Notes: generated from the letters alone by a model not told the origin. Counted from the stretch's first letter, positions 20,661 through 29,462 are shown. The stretch is DNA of 45,545 nt from Deltaproteobacteria bacterium (GCA_030592345.1 JAUVJO010000002.1:1-45545), one strand, 5' to 3'. A program made the numbers and translations.

Positions 20661-22409
20661 ATGCGTACACAAAAATCTCTATTGTTTGCGACAGTAACGA
20701 TTTTACTGTCTTTTCTATGCACGTTTGCCTTTGCCGGTCACGGGGGAAAGAAGGGCCACGAGGCGGTCCATATCGAAGGTGGAGACCATGTGACCATCTC
20801 GGGGACCATCATCGATTCCCATAAAGAACCGGTCTCAGAAGCAGTGATCACGGTGCATATGAATGGCCATGACATGGCCCATGTTGAGACAGGAGGAAAC
20901 GGACACTATCTGATCGAGTTCATGGTCGAAGCAGGCACCATGCAGGCTGCCAAATTCGACATGAAGATCCGCAAAACAAGCTTCGGGACCAAAACCATAC
21001 ACTTTCCCGGAGAGGACTTTGCCCGAAAGGACAAGCACTACTATGTGGCCGAGGAGGTCTCCCTCGACCGGGTCCTGGGTCCTGCGTTCTGGATCTCCAC
21101 TGTTGTCTTTATCCTGGCTTACGTGCTGATCGCCTTTGAGCTCCTGCATCGTACGATTGCTGCCATGCTGGGGGCCGCAATGATGATGTGCCTCTCATAT
21201 ACCGTCGGCACGGTTTGGCCCGAGTGGCGCATCTACTCCTTTGAGCGGGCCATCCGTTCCATTGACATGAATGTGGTCTTTCTCTTGATGGGCATGATGA
21301 TCATCGTGGGTGTGCTTAAAAACACCGGTGTCTTCCAATGGTGTGCCTATATCTCCTACAAGCTGGCCAAAGGAAAGGTCTTTATCTTGACCATCCTCTT
21401 GATGACCTTTACGGCAGTCTCCTCGGCATTTCTCGATAATGTGACGACCATGCTGCTACTGACCGGTGTGGCCATCGAGATATCCCTTTCCTGTAGTCTC
21501 AATCCCCTCCATTTGTTGATCCCGCTGGTCCTGGCATCTAACGTGGGAGGCACGGCTACCCTGATTGGCGACCCGCCCAATATCATGATCGGCTCTTTTG
21601 CAGGCCTCTCCTTTATGGACTTCGTGATCGCCCTGGCCCTGGTTTGCACGGTCTGCATGGGCGTCTTGTTCGTATACACCAAGCTGGTCTGGGGCAAGGA
21701 ATTTACAAAGGCCCAGGCCTCGGTTGCCAATGTGGAGGAATTTACGGCAGAATTGAAAGAAAAATACAAGATCTACGATCCCACCCTGCTCACATACGGT
21801 CTGATTGTCTTGGGCTTTGCTGTCTTTCTCTTCCTTTCCCACGGTTACTGGCACATGGAAGTCAGCATCGCGGCCCTCACCGGCGCGAGCATCCTCTTTA
21901 CCATAGGTGTTGTCACGGGAAAGGTGGATATTCTCCATCTGATTGAAAAAGATATTGAATGGCCCACCCTGATGTTCTTTATCTTCCTCTTTATGTTGGT
22001 GGGTGCGGTGGAAGAGGCCGGTCTCCTTGCCGTTGTTGCCGACTGGATACTGGATCTTTCAGGTGGGAATTATCTGATGTCCATGACCTTGATCCTCTGG
22101 GTCGCAGCCATCATGTCCGCCTTTGTGGACAACATACCGTTTACGGCCACCATGCTCCCGATCGTGGCCTATCTTACAAAGGTCATTCCGGGCGCTGAAA
22201 ACACACTGTGGTGGGCATTGGCCCTGGGTGCGTGCTTTGGCGGTAACGGCACCATCATCGGCGCTTCGGCCAACGTGGTCACCATGGGTATTGCAGAGTC
22301 CAAGGGCTACAAGATATCCTTTGGCGGCTTCATGAAAACGGCCTTTCCATACATGATCATAAGCATAATCATTGCCCAGGTGTGGCTCATGATCTTTAAG
22401 CCGGCATAG
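20661..22409 (+). CDS. ArsB/NhaD (CitMHS-like) superfamily permease with an N-terminal signal peptide and a carboxypeptidase-regulatory-like beta-sandwich
   Basis: Start moved to ATG 20661 (GGAAGAGGAGG upstream; MRTQKSLLFATVTILLSF signal). More than 10 TM segments. FLDNVTT and FVDNIPFTA repeats are typical of this superfamily. Confidence 0.8.
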   Translation: MRTQKSLLFATVTILLSFLCTFAFAGHGGKKGHEAVHIEGGDHVTISGTIIDSHKEPVSEAVITVHMNGHDMAHVETGGNGHYLIEFMVEAGTMQAAKFDMKIRKTSFGTKTIHFPGEDFARKDKHYYVAEEVSLDRVLGPAFWISTVVFILAYVLIAFELLHRTIAAMLGAAMMMCLSYTVGTVWPEWRIYSFERAIRSIDMNVVFLLMGMMIIVGVLKNTGVFQWCAYISYKLAKGKVFILTILLMTFTAVSSAFLDNVTTMLLLTGVAIEISLSCSLNPLHLLIPLVLASNVGGTATLIGDPPNIMIGSFAGLSFMDFVIALALVCTVCMGVLFVYTKLVWGKEFTKAQASVANVEEFTAELKEKYKIYDPTLLTYGLIVLGFAVFLFLSHGYWHMEVSIAALTGASILFTIGVVTGKVDILHLIEKDIEWPTLMFFIFLFMLVGAVEEAGLLAVVADWILDLSGGNYLMSMTLILWVAAIMSAFVDNIPFTATMLPIVAYLTKVIPGAENTLWWALALGACFGGNGTIIGASANVVTMGIAESKGYKISFGGFMKTAFPYMIISIIIAQVWLMIFKPA

Positions 22410-22432
22410 AATTCGGCAAATAACATCAGACA

Positions 22433-22469
22433 AAAAAAGCCCGACCTTTTAACAGGTCGGGCTTTTTTG
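22433..22469 (+). terminator. Rho-independent, potentially bidirectional terminator after the permease gene
   Basis: aaaaaaa-gcccgacc-ttttaaca-ggtcgggc-tttttt (stems 22440-22447 and 22456-22463). Confidence 0.8.
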
Positions 22470-22489
22470 TTCTTAGCGGGGGTAAAGTC

Positions 22490-22585
22490 TATTCAAGTCT
22501 TTTCGGGCGGGCACGGTACATCTTCAAAATGACATTATCATAAAAACGGAACCATAAGGAAAATCCCGCGATCTTGTTGGCCATG
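22490..22585 (-). pseudogene. Possible remnant of an htpX-like 5' end (31-codon ORF)
   Basis: It translates as [31 protein letters not shown]. Compare the intact HtpX in this window, ...[19 protein letters not shown]. The DNA shares gtacatcttcaaaa with 31617-31630. Upstream, another frame reads FMIMSF against HtpX AMIMNF. This is a short, weak match. Confidence 0.3.
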
Positions 22586-22818
22586 ATTGGCTCCCGGGCT
22601 GCCCTGGAAGGGTGCTCAGTGGGGCTGTTGGGCCCGGCTTTTCCTTCACTGCTCTGGAAGGGCTACGATGTAGTGAACGAACGTCATTTGCATTTCGGCA
22701 CACTTCATGTCAAAACCCCAGGCCAAAAAGGGCAGCCCCTGTTGCAACCCCAAAGGCAAGATTGAATATCTTGATAAGGATGGAATCTTTGACGCTGTGG
22801 GAAAACAACTGTTTGGCG

Positions 22819-23175
22819 CTATTTCTCCACCTCAAGGGAGTTTCCCCACAACCCATGGATATTGCAGTAGGTCAGAGCGTAAAAAGACTTAAAATCGCCG
22901 ATCTGGTTAATTTGAAAGCGGACGTTAGGGTTGCTGTAGACCGGAGCCCAGGCGGCACGACCCAGAGTAATCACCTGATTGTTGTCCTTTCTCACTCCAT
23001 AGAGTTCAATCCATACAATGTGGTGTTCAAGCGTGTTAGGGTGAGGTGTATCATGACCCACAACTACACGCACGATGTCTTTCCCTGATTTATATCCCGT
23101 ACCGATCTCGATGTCAGGGACATGTTTCTCGCTTCCTTCATCGCTGGGCGCCTTGATGAGTTCTTCAAAATTCAT
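22819..23175 (-). CDS. sor: Superoxide reductase, 1Fe type (neelaredoxin-like)
   Basis: 118 aa from ATG 23175 (GGAGGGAG Shine-Dalgarno sequence). Motifs EKHVP, HPNTLEHHIVWIE and CNIHGLW. Confidence 0.85.
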   Translation of the reverse strand: MNFEELIKAPSDEGSEKHVPDIEIGTGYKSGKDIVRVVVGHDTPHPNTLEHHIVWIELYGVRKDNNQVITLGRAAWAPVYSNPNVRFQINQIGDFKSFYALTYCNIHGLWGNSLEVEK

Positions 23176-23176
23176 T

Positions 23177-24037
23177 TTATTCTCCCTCCATAATTTTTTC
23201 AACAACTTGGTTGAATGCTCTGGTTACCTCTGAATCCGGATATTTTTCCATGTACGATTCCCCCGCGTCAGCAGACTTCACCATTTTACCGTCCAGAGGG
23301 ATTTGACCCAAAAAAGGGATATTCATTGCCGTGGCAGTTCTGGAACCGCCTCCGGTACCAAACAAATCAATAGACTTCCCGCAATGAGGGCACACAAAAC
23401 CGCTCATATTTTCTATCAATCCAAAGATTTGCATTTTAACGGTCTTGCAGAAATTGATCGATTTCCTGACGTCATCTAAAGACATCTCCTGGGGCATGGT
23501 CACGATGATCGCCTTGGCATCTGGAATGGTTTGAGCCACGGTGAGCGGCTCATCCCCCGTTCCGGGTGGCGAATCAATGATGAGATAATCCAACTTTCCC
23601 CACTGTACGCCAGAAATAAACTGCCGGATGACTTGCAGCTTCAAAGGTCCACGCCAGATCACGGCCTTATCCGGATCTCCGGCCATTGATCCAACGGAGA
23701 CGACTTCCAGGTTATCTGAATAAGGCTTGGGTTTTATTTGTCCATCAACGCTAGCCTCAAGAACCCCCTTAAGACCCAGTATTCTGGGAATGTCAGGGCC
23801 ATGTAGATCTACATCCATAAGGCCCACTCTGGCCCCCTGCCTTGAAAGGGCCATGGCCAGATTAGCGGCAACGCTTGTCTTGCCAACACCTCCTTTGCCA
23901 CTCATGACCAGGAATTTGTGTTTTACTAAGGATAAGGAGTCTTTGATGATCTGATCTTGTGCGGCCATGGCCGCCTCCCGTTCAGACAAAGGTCGGTCGC
24001 CTTTCTTTTTCTTGCTAATATGGAGGGTCTTGACCAT
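23177..24037 (-). CDS. mrp: Mrp/NBP35/ApbC-family Fe-S cluster carrier ATPase
   Basis: SGKGGVGKTSVAANLA, IIDSPPGTGDEPLTVAQ and CPHCG. Its stop is 1 nt from the sor start. Confidence 0.9.
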   Translation of the reverse strand: MVKTLHISKKKKGDRPLSEREAAMAAQDQIIKDSLSLVKHKFLVMSGKGGVGKTSVAANLAMALSRQGARVGLMDVDLHGPDIPRILGLKGVLEASVDGQIKPKPYSDNLEVVSVGSMAGDPDKAVIWRGPLKLQVIRQFISGVQWGKLDYLIIDSPPGTGDEPLTVAQTIPDAKAIIVTMPQEMSLDDVRKSINFCKTVKMQIFGLIENMSGFVCPHCGKSIDLFGTGGGSRTATAMNIPFLGQIPLDGKMVKSADAGESYMEKYPDSEVTRAFNQVVEKIMEGE

Positions 24038-24099
24038 GTGAAAACCTCCTATTATTAAGGAATTGGGCCCGCAAGCTCTATATCGTGTCTTCTAAAATC

Positions 24100-24191
24100 T
24101 TGGAGGCCGAAGTTCATCCCACCCAAGGCGGGACTTGCCCGGAGGCTTGTTGCCATAACCTCAAGTGTACCCGGACTTTTTGAGAAGTTAC
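24100..24191. mobile_element. Truncated copy (right half only) of the 7485-7706 MITE
   Basis: Aligns with 7615-7706 at roughly 92% identity by eye, including the right TIR cggactttttgagaagttac. The left half and TSD are absent. Confidence 0.7.
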
Positions 24192-24204
24192 AGAGTTATT
24201 ATAA

Positions 24205-24414
24205 TCAGGCTATTATAATTCTATTTTCCATATATACATCTTGGATTGCATTTATTAATTCAATACCGACATCCATTGGTTTTTGGAAAGCTTTACGTCC
24301 GCAAATCAGTCCCATCCCGCCGACGCCTTTGTTAATTACGGCTGTCCGTACAGCCTGCGCCAGATCGTTTTTACCGGAGGCTCCGCCTGAGTTGATTAAT
24401 CCAACCCGCCCCAT
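24205..24414 (-). pseudogene. fbaB: C-terminal remnant (about 69 codons) of a class I fructose-bisphosphate aldolase (FbaB/DhnA type)
   Basis: [42 protein letters not shown]...[17 protein letters not shown] matches my recollection of the FbaB C-terminus (about 350 aa full length). The upstream 57 nt contain stops in frame. Confidence 0.55.
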
Positions 24415-24471
24415 ATAACAGTTGACTATTTGATAGCGGGTTAAATCGATTAGTTGTAGCTGACTTACGGC

Positions 24472-25128
24472 TTATCTCTTATGCAATTTATTGGCTTGCT
24501 CAATAAGCAGGGACTTGAAACGATCCAGTGTAACAGGATAGGCATGGATAGGTATCCCCATCCAGTCAGAGTATTCCAGGAACTCTTCAGGGCGTTCGGC
24601 CATATATCGCTCAATGTAGCCCACTGCATCAAGGACAATGGCCCCTCCGGTATGCCGTGGGAAATTCTCATTGGCAAGCCCCTTATCCCACCCCTTAAAC
24701 ACATAATGCCGAAACTTGACCCAGCCCGGCGTCATCCACCACACCTTTTCCCCGCCGGCCATTTCCTGTGCGATTTTTTCCCGTTGTTCTTCGTTGGCTA
24801 GCATGTCCATGCAGTGGGTGGCATCAACCCTCACCACATTGGGTCCCTGCTCTTCGATGATCTTTTTAATAGTTCGAGTGGGGTTATGTCCATTAACGTA
24901 GCAGAACTTGCCACCATAGACCACGAGTACCCTGTCCGCCTTTTCCTTGGCCTTGCTGATTCTATGGATCAGTTGTCGCTCCAGTTCTCGTGGTCTCTCG
25001 TGAAGCCCTGGAGTGCTATAAAAGACGTGTCTTGCATCCAGAAATCCACTTTTCTGTAAATATCTGAGCTCGAGACTCAGAGTTCCGCATGATACTATTA
25101 CAATATCTGAAAACGATGCCTGACCCAT
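24472..25128 (-). CDS. Conserved hypothetical protein, tentatively DUF1638-like
   Basis: 218-aa ORF with a strong Shine-Dalgarno sequence (GGAGGAG) before ATG 25128. The family assignment is from memory only. Confidence 0.55.
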   Translation of the reverse strand: MGQASFSDIVIVSCGTLSLELRYLQKSGFLDARHVFYSTPGLHERPRELERQLIHRISKAKEKADRVLVVYGGKFCYVNGHNPTRTIKKIIEEQGPNVVRVDATHCMDMLANEEQREKIAQEMAGGEKVWWMTPGWVKFRHYVFKGWDKGLANENFPRHTGGAIVLDAVGYIERYMAERPEEFLEYSDWMGIPIHAYPVTLDRFKSLLIEQANKLHKR

Positions 25129-25152
25129 CCCACTCCTCCGTTACCAGTTACC

Positions 25153-25410
25153 TCAGCCTTTCAACGTCTGCTCGACCTTGTGCCATATTCCCTTAATGGC
25201 ATTAAATACACTGCCATCGGTGAATTCGACAACACTCTTTCCGGCTACCATGGCGTGGGTGACTGCCGTAACATAGGGAATACGACCCACGATCTCGATT
25301 TGGTGTTTTACACAATAGTCTTCGATCTGATCTGTCATCTCCTCATTCAGATCAAATTTGTTGACGCAGGCCATGGTGGGTATCTTAAAGAATGCAGCCA
25401 ATCCTCTAAC
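25153..25410 (-). pseudogene. C-terminal fragment of a MinD/CooC-superfamily ATPase of the kind found next to NifX-like/DUF5320 genes
   Basis: LAAFFKIPTMACVNKFDLNEEMTDQIEDYCVKHQIEIVGRIPYVTAVTHAMVAGKSVVEF. The P-loop N-terminal two-thirds is missing. Upstream there is only repeat sequence. Confidence 0.55.
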
Positions 25411-25478
25411 GGGCGTATCTAACAGTTGGGGGGAGACAACAACTTTTCCGCATCCTTCTGGAATTTGGCAGGCAATGG
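25411..25478. repeat. 68-bp direct repeat, copy 1
   Basis: gggcgtatctaacagttggggggagacaacaacttttccgcatccttctggaatttggcaggcaatgg. 66 of 68 positions are identical to 27016-27083. Confidence 0.9.
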
Positions 25479-25619
25479 GTCGCGGAGTATTGGAGTGGTG
25501 GGCAGCAAACAATGTGTCCTGATTCCAGTACTCCAGTACTCCATCACTCCAACACTCCCTCCGGGGCGTAGGCCCTACGGGCCGGAGGCCAATTGGGGCG
25601 AAGCCCCTAAGCTCAACAC

Positions 25620-25841
25620 CTACCCCCGTGTCATGGTGGCCCCGCACTTGGGGCATTTTTGCTCAAAGCAAGGGGTTCCAATTTGGTGGGGGACCCGTTC
25701 ACCACAGCTTGGGCAAACGCAATCTCCACCAGGGCCTGCGGCAAAGCCGCCAGATCTGCCGCGTCCACCGCCGCCTCGCCCCATGTCTCTACCTGTTCCA
25801 GCGCCTTGACCTCTTGGACCTGTTCCATCTCCTCTTGGCAT
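25620..25841 (-). CDS. DUF5320-like small protein with a C-terminal CxxC...CxxC zinc ribbon
   Basis: MPRGDGTGPRGQGAGTGRDMGRGGGGRG...CVCPSCGERVPHQIGTPCFEQKCPKCG. AGGAGGGAAG Shine-Dalgarno sequence before ATG 25841. Confidence 0.65.
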   Translation of the reverse strand: MPRGDGTGPRGQGAGTGRDMGRGGGGRGRSGGFAAGPGGDCVCPSCGERVPHQIGTPCFEQKCPKCGATMTRG

Positions 25842-25989
25842 TTTACTTCCCTCCTTATTTAGTGTTTTTAGTGCTGTCAAATTCCACAATGGCTTCGGGG
25901 TGAAGCATGGCCCTGGTAAAGCCGGGATCAAAGTGGACCTTCCCAAAAAGGCCACGCGTTCCATGTCATTTTTCACGCCCTTTCGGCTC

Positions 25990-26547
25990 TCACTTTTTCT
26001 CTACATCCTTGATCCTGGATTCAATGACTTCAATTTGATTGTGTAACTCATCCACCTTGTCCTTCAATTGATTCAACTCTTCCTCTCTGGATAGAGGGCC
26101 GGAACCGCCCGTGACGCCCCCCATACCCATACGCCGACCCATGCCACGCCCCATACCCATACCATAGCCCTTACCATAGCCGCCCCCCATACCATAATGA
26201 TCAGCCACATTGGCCCCGGTTGTGGACGTCATGTCACCCTTTTTATACCTTTCTACGGCATCCCTGACTCCTCCGTTTTGACCTACAAATATTTCAATGC
26301 CGGCAGCAGAAAGGACTTGCACTGCATTGGGGCCGCAATTTCCCGTTATTACAGCTTTAGCGCCCCTTGATGCCACGAACTGTGCCGATTGAATGCCAGC
26401 GCCTCCAGCCAGTGCAAGATTGTCATTTTTGAAGGCCTCAAAATTCATATCATCTGTCTCGATGATCAAGAAATACGCACATCGACCAAAACGCGGATCG
26501 ATTTGTGAATCCAGGTTCTTCCCGTTGGAGCTTACAGCAATTTTCAT
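25990..26547 (-). CDS. NifX/NifB-family (dinitrogenase FeMo-cofactor-binding fold) protein fused to a Gly/Met-rich tail and a coiled coil (DUF5320-like)
   Basis: MKIAVSSNGKNLDSQIDPRFGRCAYFLIIE...GAKAVITGNCGPNA, then GMGGGYGKGYGMGMGRGMGRRMGMGG and LNQLKDKVDELHNQIEVIESRIKDVEKK. GGAGGA Shine-Dalgarno sequence. Confidence 0.8.
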   Translation of the reverse strand: MKIAVSSNGKNLDSQIDPRFGRCAYFLIIETDDMNFEAFKNDNLALAGGAGIQSAQFVASRGAKAVITGNCGPNAVQVLSAAGIEIFVGQNGGVRDAVERYKKGDMTSTTGANVADHYGMGGGYGKGYGMGMGRGMGRRMGMGGVTGGSGPLSREEELNQLKDKVDELHNQIEVIESRIKDVEKK

Positions 26548-26584
26548 GTTTGATTCCTCCTGTCAGACTGAAGTCTCTACACGA

Positions 26585-26665
26585 TTTTTTTGGCAAAGTC
26601 ACGACGATTGCCCTGGCATCCGGGATATTTTGAGCAACAGTCATCGGAGAGGCGGGCGGCCTTCC
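26585..26665 (-). pseudogene. About 27-codon relic of an Mrp/NBP35 paralogue
   Basis: GRPPASPMTVAQNIPDARAIVVTLPKK compared with the intact Mrp GTGDEPLTVAQTIPDAKAIIVTMPQE. 14 of 21 residues are identical over the core. Confidence 0.45.
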
Positions 26666-26821
26666 CAATGGCTTCCGCCACAGAGGGAACAACCTGAGGT
26701 CGGAGGTCAGAGGACAGATGTCGGAGCAGACAACGAATAACCAATAACGGACAACGGACAACAGTGAACTGTGAACGGGTACCAGGGAAATTAGGCATCT
26801 TTCCCGCACGGAGGTACTTGA

Positions 26822-26953
26822 ACCCAAGGACTTGATCTTGCGGAATAGTGTGGTCTTGTGGATGCCGAGCTGACTGGCCGTTTGCAGGCGGCTCCAGTTG
26901 TTACGTCGAAGAGCGTTCATCAGGAAGGCGGCTTCCATCTGCTTGAGGGACAT
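26822..26953 (-). pseudogene. Isolated C-terminal Fis-type HTH of a sigma-54-dependent (NtrC-family) activator
   Basis: MSLKQMEAAFLMNALRRNNWSRLQTASQLGIHKTTLFRKIKSLG is the classic HTH_8 pattern. No AAA+ domain lies upstream. The ORF then reads on into repeat sequence. Confidence 0.6.
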
Positions 26954-27015
26954 GAACTCTGTCTGTTTCGGGCAGTTAATGCAGGCAGAGGAACATAGCG
27001 GCTCGGGGAGATGCC

Positions 27016-27083
27016 GGGCGTATCTAACAGTTGAGGGGAGACAACAACTTTTCCGCATCATTCTGGAATTTGGCAGGCAATGG
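27016..27083. repeat. 68-bp direct repeat, copy 2
   Basis: gggcgtatctaacagttgaggggagacaacaacttttccgcatcattctggaatttggcaggcaatgg. Confidence 0.9.
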
Positions 27084-27175
27084 AAGAAAAGTGAGCTAAA
27101 GTGCCTAAAGTGTCTAAAGTGAGCTAAAATTAAGGATTTGAAAAACTGTTTTATTACTCGTTTTGTCTTTCAACT

Positions 27176-27376
27176 TTAGGCACTTGATGTACTCCAATAC
27201 TCCACAAATGCGGCGCAGGTGATTTCAAGAGGATGCATCCCCCAAGTTCTGGATACGCCCGTAAAAACACCCTCGGTAGTTGAATCGAGGATTATATCCC
27301 GTTCTTTTGTGGGCATACGATGAGACATGACCTTTAATATATTGGACTTTTCAAATGAAATCGTCTCAAGTCGCAC
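27176..27376 (-). pseudogene. Possible N-terminal PAS-like fragment of the same decayed sigma-54 activator
   Basis: ERDIILDSTTEGVFTG resembles the ILDSxxEGVFTVD start of PAS domains in NtrC-family regulators. The ORF ends inside a tactcca word repeat. Confidence 0.3.
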
Positions 27377-27396
27377 CCTCCCTGATCGTCTCTGCC

Positions 27397-28056
27397 CTAC
27401 GGACCACTGAGTCCTTTCATCTCTTGCAGGTGTGCCTGTTTGCCCAGAATGATTAGCCTGTCAGTTGCTTTGATCGGTTGGCTGGGAGAAACGACCATAC
27501 TGATTACGTCTTCCACTGTGTCTTGTATGCCGATAACCTGGATCTGATATTTTTTTCTTAAATCAAGATCGCTCAAGGACTTTCCCACAAAGTCCTTGGG
27601 TGGAATGACCTCCATGATGGAAAAAGTATTCGTTAAAGGAAGATAATCCAGAACATTGGGCGTGGTGATGCTTCGTGCTAATTTTAGGGCCATCTCCCTT
27701 TCAGGGAACATGACCTGGGTGGCGCCCACCTTTTCCAGGATCTTCTTGTGGTCATCATCGATCGCCTTGACGATTATATGCTTCACCCCAAGCTCGTTAA
27801 GGTGCATAGTTGCCAGGATGCTTCCCGAGAGATTGTTCCCCATACTAACAACGGCAGTCTCAACCGTTGAAAGCCCAAGATTCTCCAGGACCTCTCTTTC
27901 AGTGCAGTCAGCAACAACCGACCTGGAGGAAAACTCCTGGCACTTCTGAACAAGGGCGTCTCTCTCATCAACAGCCAACACGTCATGTCCAAAAACATAC
28001 AATTCCCTGGCAACGTTCATCCCAAAATTGCCCAAGCCCAACACCGCTATCTTCAC
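27397..28056 (-). CDS. trkA: Trk/Ktr K+ uptake system NAD-binding subunit
   Basis: MKIAVLGLGNFGMNVAREL (GxGxxG Rossmann fold) plus a TrkA-C domain. GTG start with AGGGGTG upstream. Confidence 0.9.
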   Translation of the reverse strand: MKIAVLGLGNFGMNVARELYVFGHDVLAVDERDALVQKCQEFSSRSVVADCTEREVLENLGLSTVETAVVSMGNNLSGSILATMHLNELGVKHIIVKAIDDDHKKILEKVGATQVMFPEREMALKLARSITTPNVLDYLPLTNTFSIMEVIPPKDFVGKSLSDLDLRKKYQIQVIGIQDTVEDVISMVVSPSQPIKATDRLIILGKQAHLQEMKGLSGP

Positions 28057-28097
28057 GTGACACCCCTGATAGATCTAGTTAGCATCCTCCGAACCTT

Positions 28098-29462
28098 TCA
28101 ACCGATCATAACAGCCTCTTCGCTGTACTTCAAGTGAGCGGCTGTTTCTCTGGGGCGGATAGAAAATGCAAGCGTCAGCGGCCCGAGCCGTCCAACAAAC
28201 ATCAGTACGATGATCAGCGACTTTCCGATAGCATCCAGGCCGGACGTCTTGCCCATAGACAGCCCCACTGTGCTAAAGGCTGATACGGCCTCAAAAAAAT
28301 ACTCAAGAAACATCCCCCGGCTCTGCACATGTGAGATGCCGCCAAGCTGCGTTAACAGAAGAATAACCACCATGGCCGTAATAACGAGGCCAGAGGATAT
28401 CACGACCGCGACCGCCCTTGCTGTGGCTTGCTTGGAAATGGTTCTATTCATAATCATCGTATCCGTTTGTCCCCTCAGCCGGGACAGAACAAGCGCAAAG
28501 AATACCGCTGCTGTTGTGGTCTTGATACCACCGCCACAGGAGCCGGGTGAAGCCCCAATAAACATGAGGATAATGAAGAAAAAGAGGGTTGCATTTGATA
28601 ACAGACTGAAATTTACCGTGTTAAAACCAGCGGTTCTCGCGGTGACCGATTGAAAAACCGATATGAGAACCCTATCAGAGAAATCCATACCACTTAGAGT
28701 GTCATTGTATTCGACAAGGAAGAAAAACACGGCCCCTCCCAGGATCAAGATCGACGTGGTTAAAAGCGTGAGTTTGGCATGCAGGGAAAGACTCTTCCTT
28801 CGTCGCCCATTTTTTCCCTTATTTCGTCCAAAACGTTGGTAGAGTTCAAGGAGAACCAGAAATCCTATGCCACCGGCAATAATGAGAAAAACGGTATTGA
28901 GATTTATGAGTATATTTCCCTGGTATCTTGTGAAACTATCCGGAAAGAGGCAGAAACCTGCATTGCAAAAGGCAGAAACCGCATGAAAGAGGGAGATGAA
29001 CATGGCGTCATTGACGGAAACTTCACGTATCCAGTGCAAAAAATAGAGCGCCACACCCACGAATTCCACAGCAAAAGTAAACAACACAACCGGAACGATC
29101 AGGGTGCGGGGGCTCCTCATGGGAGAGCAGGCAAAAGTGTCTTGAAGCACCGTATCCTGGGTCAGTGAGGGTTGCTTGCCCAGAATGAGAAGAAAAATCG
29201 TTGAGAAGGTCATGATCCCAAGCCCTCCCAACTGGATCAACGCCAGGAGCACCCATTGGCCGAGTCTTGTAAAATCTCCTCCTGTGTCCTTTACGACAAG
29301 CCCTGTGACGCATACCGCAGACGTGGAAGTAAAAAGGGCATCTATATAGGACATACCGGCATTCGTTGTCATGCCGGGAAGCATCAGGGTGACGGAACCG
29401 ACAAGGATCAGAAGAATGAAACTGGCGATCAACTGTTGCTGGGGTGTTGATTTTCTTATCAC
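28098..29462 (-). CDS. trkH: Trk/Ktr K+ transporter membrane subunit
   Basis: 454 aa, polytopic, with repeated pore-loop motifs (SAVCVTGL, NAGF, RTAGFN, STVGLS). GTG start at 29462. Confidence 0.9.
   Translation of the reverse strand: MIRKSTPQQQLIASFILLILVGSVTLMLPGMTTNAGMSYIDALFTSTSAVCVTGLVVKDTGGDFTRLGQWVLLALIQLGGLGIMTFSTIFLLILGKQPSLTQDTVLQDTFACSPMRSPRTLIVPVVLFTFAVEFVGVALYFLHWIREVSVNDAMFISLFHAVSAFCNAGFCLFPDSFTRYQGNILINLNTVFLIIAGGIGFLVLLELYQRFGRNKGKNGRRRKSLSLHAKLTLLTTSILILGGAVFFFLVEYNDTLSGMDFSDRVLISVFQSVTARTAGFNTVNFSLLSNATLFFFIILMFIGASPGSCGGGIKTTTAAVFFALVLSRLRGQTDTMIMNRTISKQATARAVAVVISSGLVITAMVVILLLTQLGGISHVQSRGMFLEYFFEAVSAFSTVGLSMGKTSGLDAIGKSLIIVLMFVGRLGPLTLAFSIRPRETAAHLKYSEEAVMIG

Noticed and set aside
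25461-25476. Sigma-54-like GG-N10-GC (tggaatttggcaggca) inside the 68-bp repeat
   Set aside because: The -12 element is poor (AGGCA against TTGCA). It also points along the plus strand, where there is no downstream gene, since the neighbouring genes are on the minus strand.
25153-25656. The 167-aa ORF as an intact gene
   Set aside because: Only the C-terminal 85 aa or so look like a MinD-type ATPase. The N-terminal part is translated repeat sequence (the 68-bp repeat, tactcca words and the GGGGCGAAGCCCC hairpin) and overlaps the DUF5320-like gene.
26450-27061. The 203-aa ORF as one real protein
   Set aside because: It is a chance read-through. It joins copy 2 of the 68-bp repeat, an orphan Fis-type HTH, word repeats, an Mrp-like relic and the NifX gene start region (in another frame). 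Only the fragments are meaningful.
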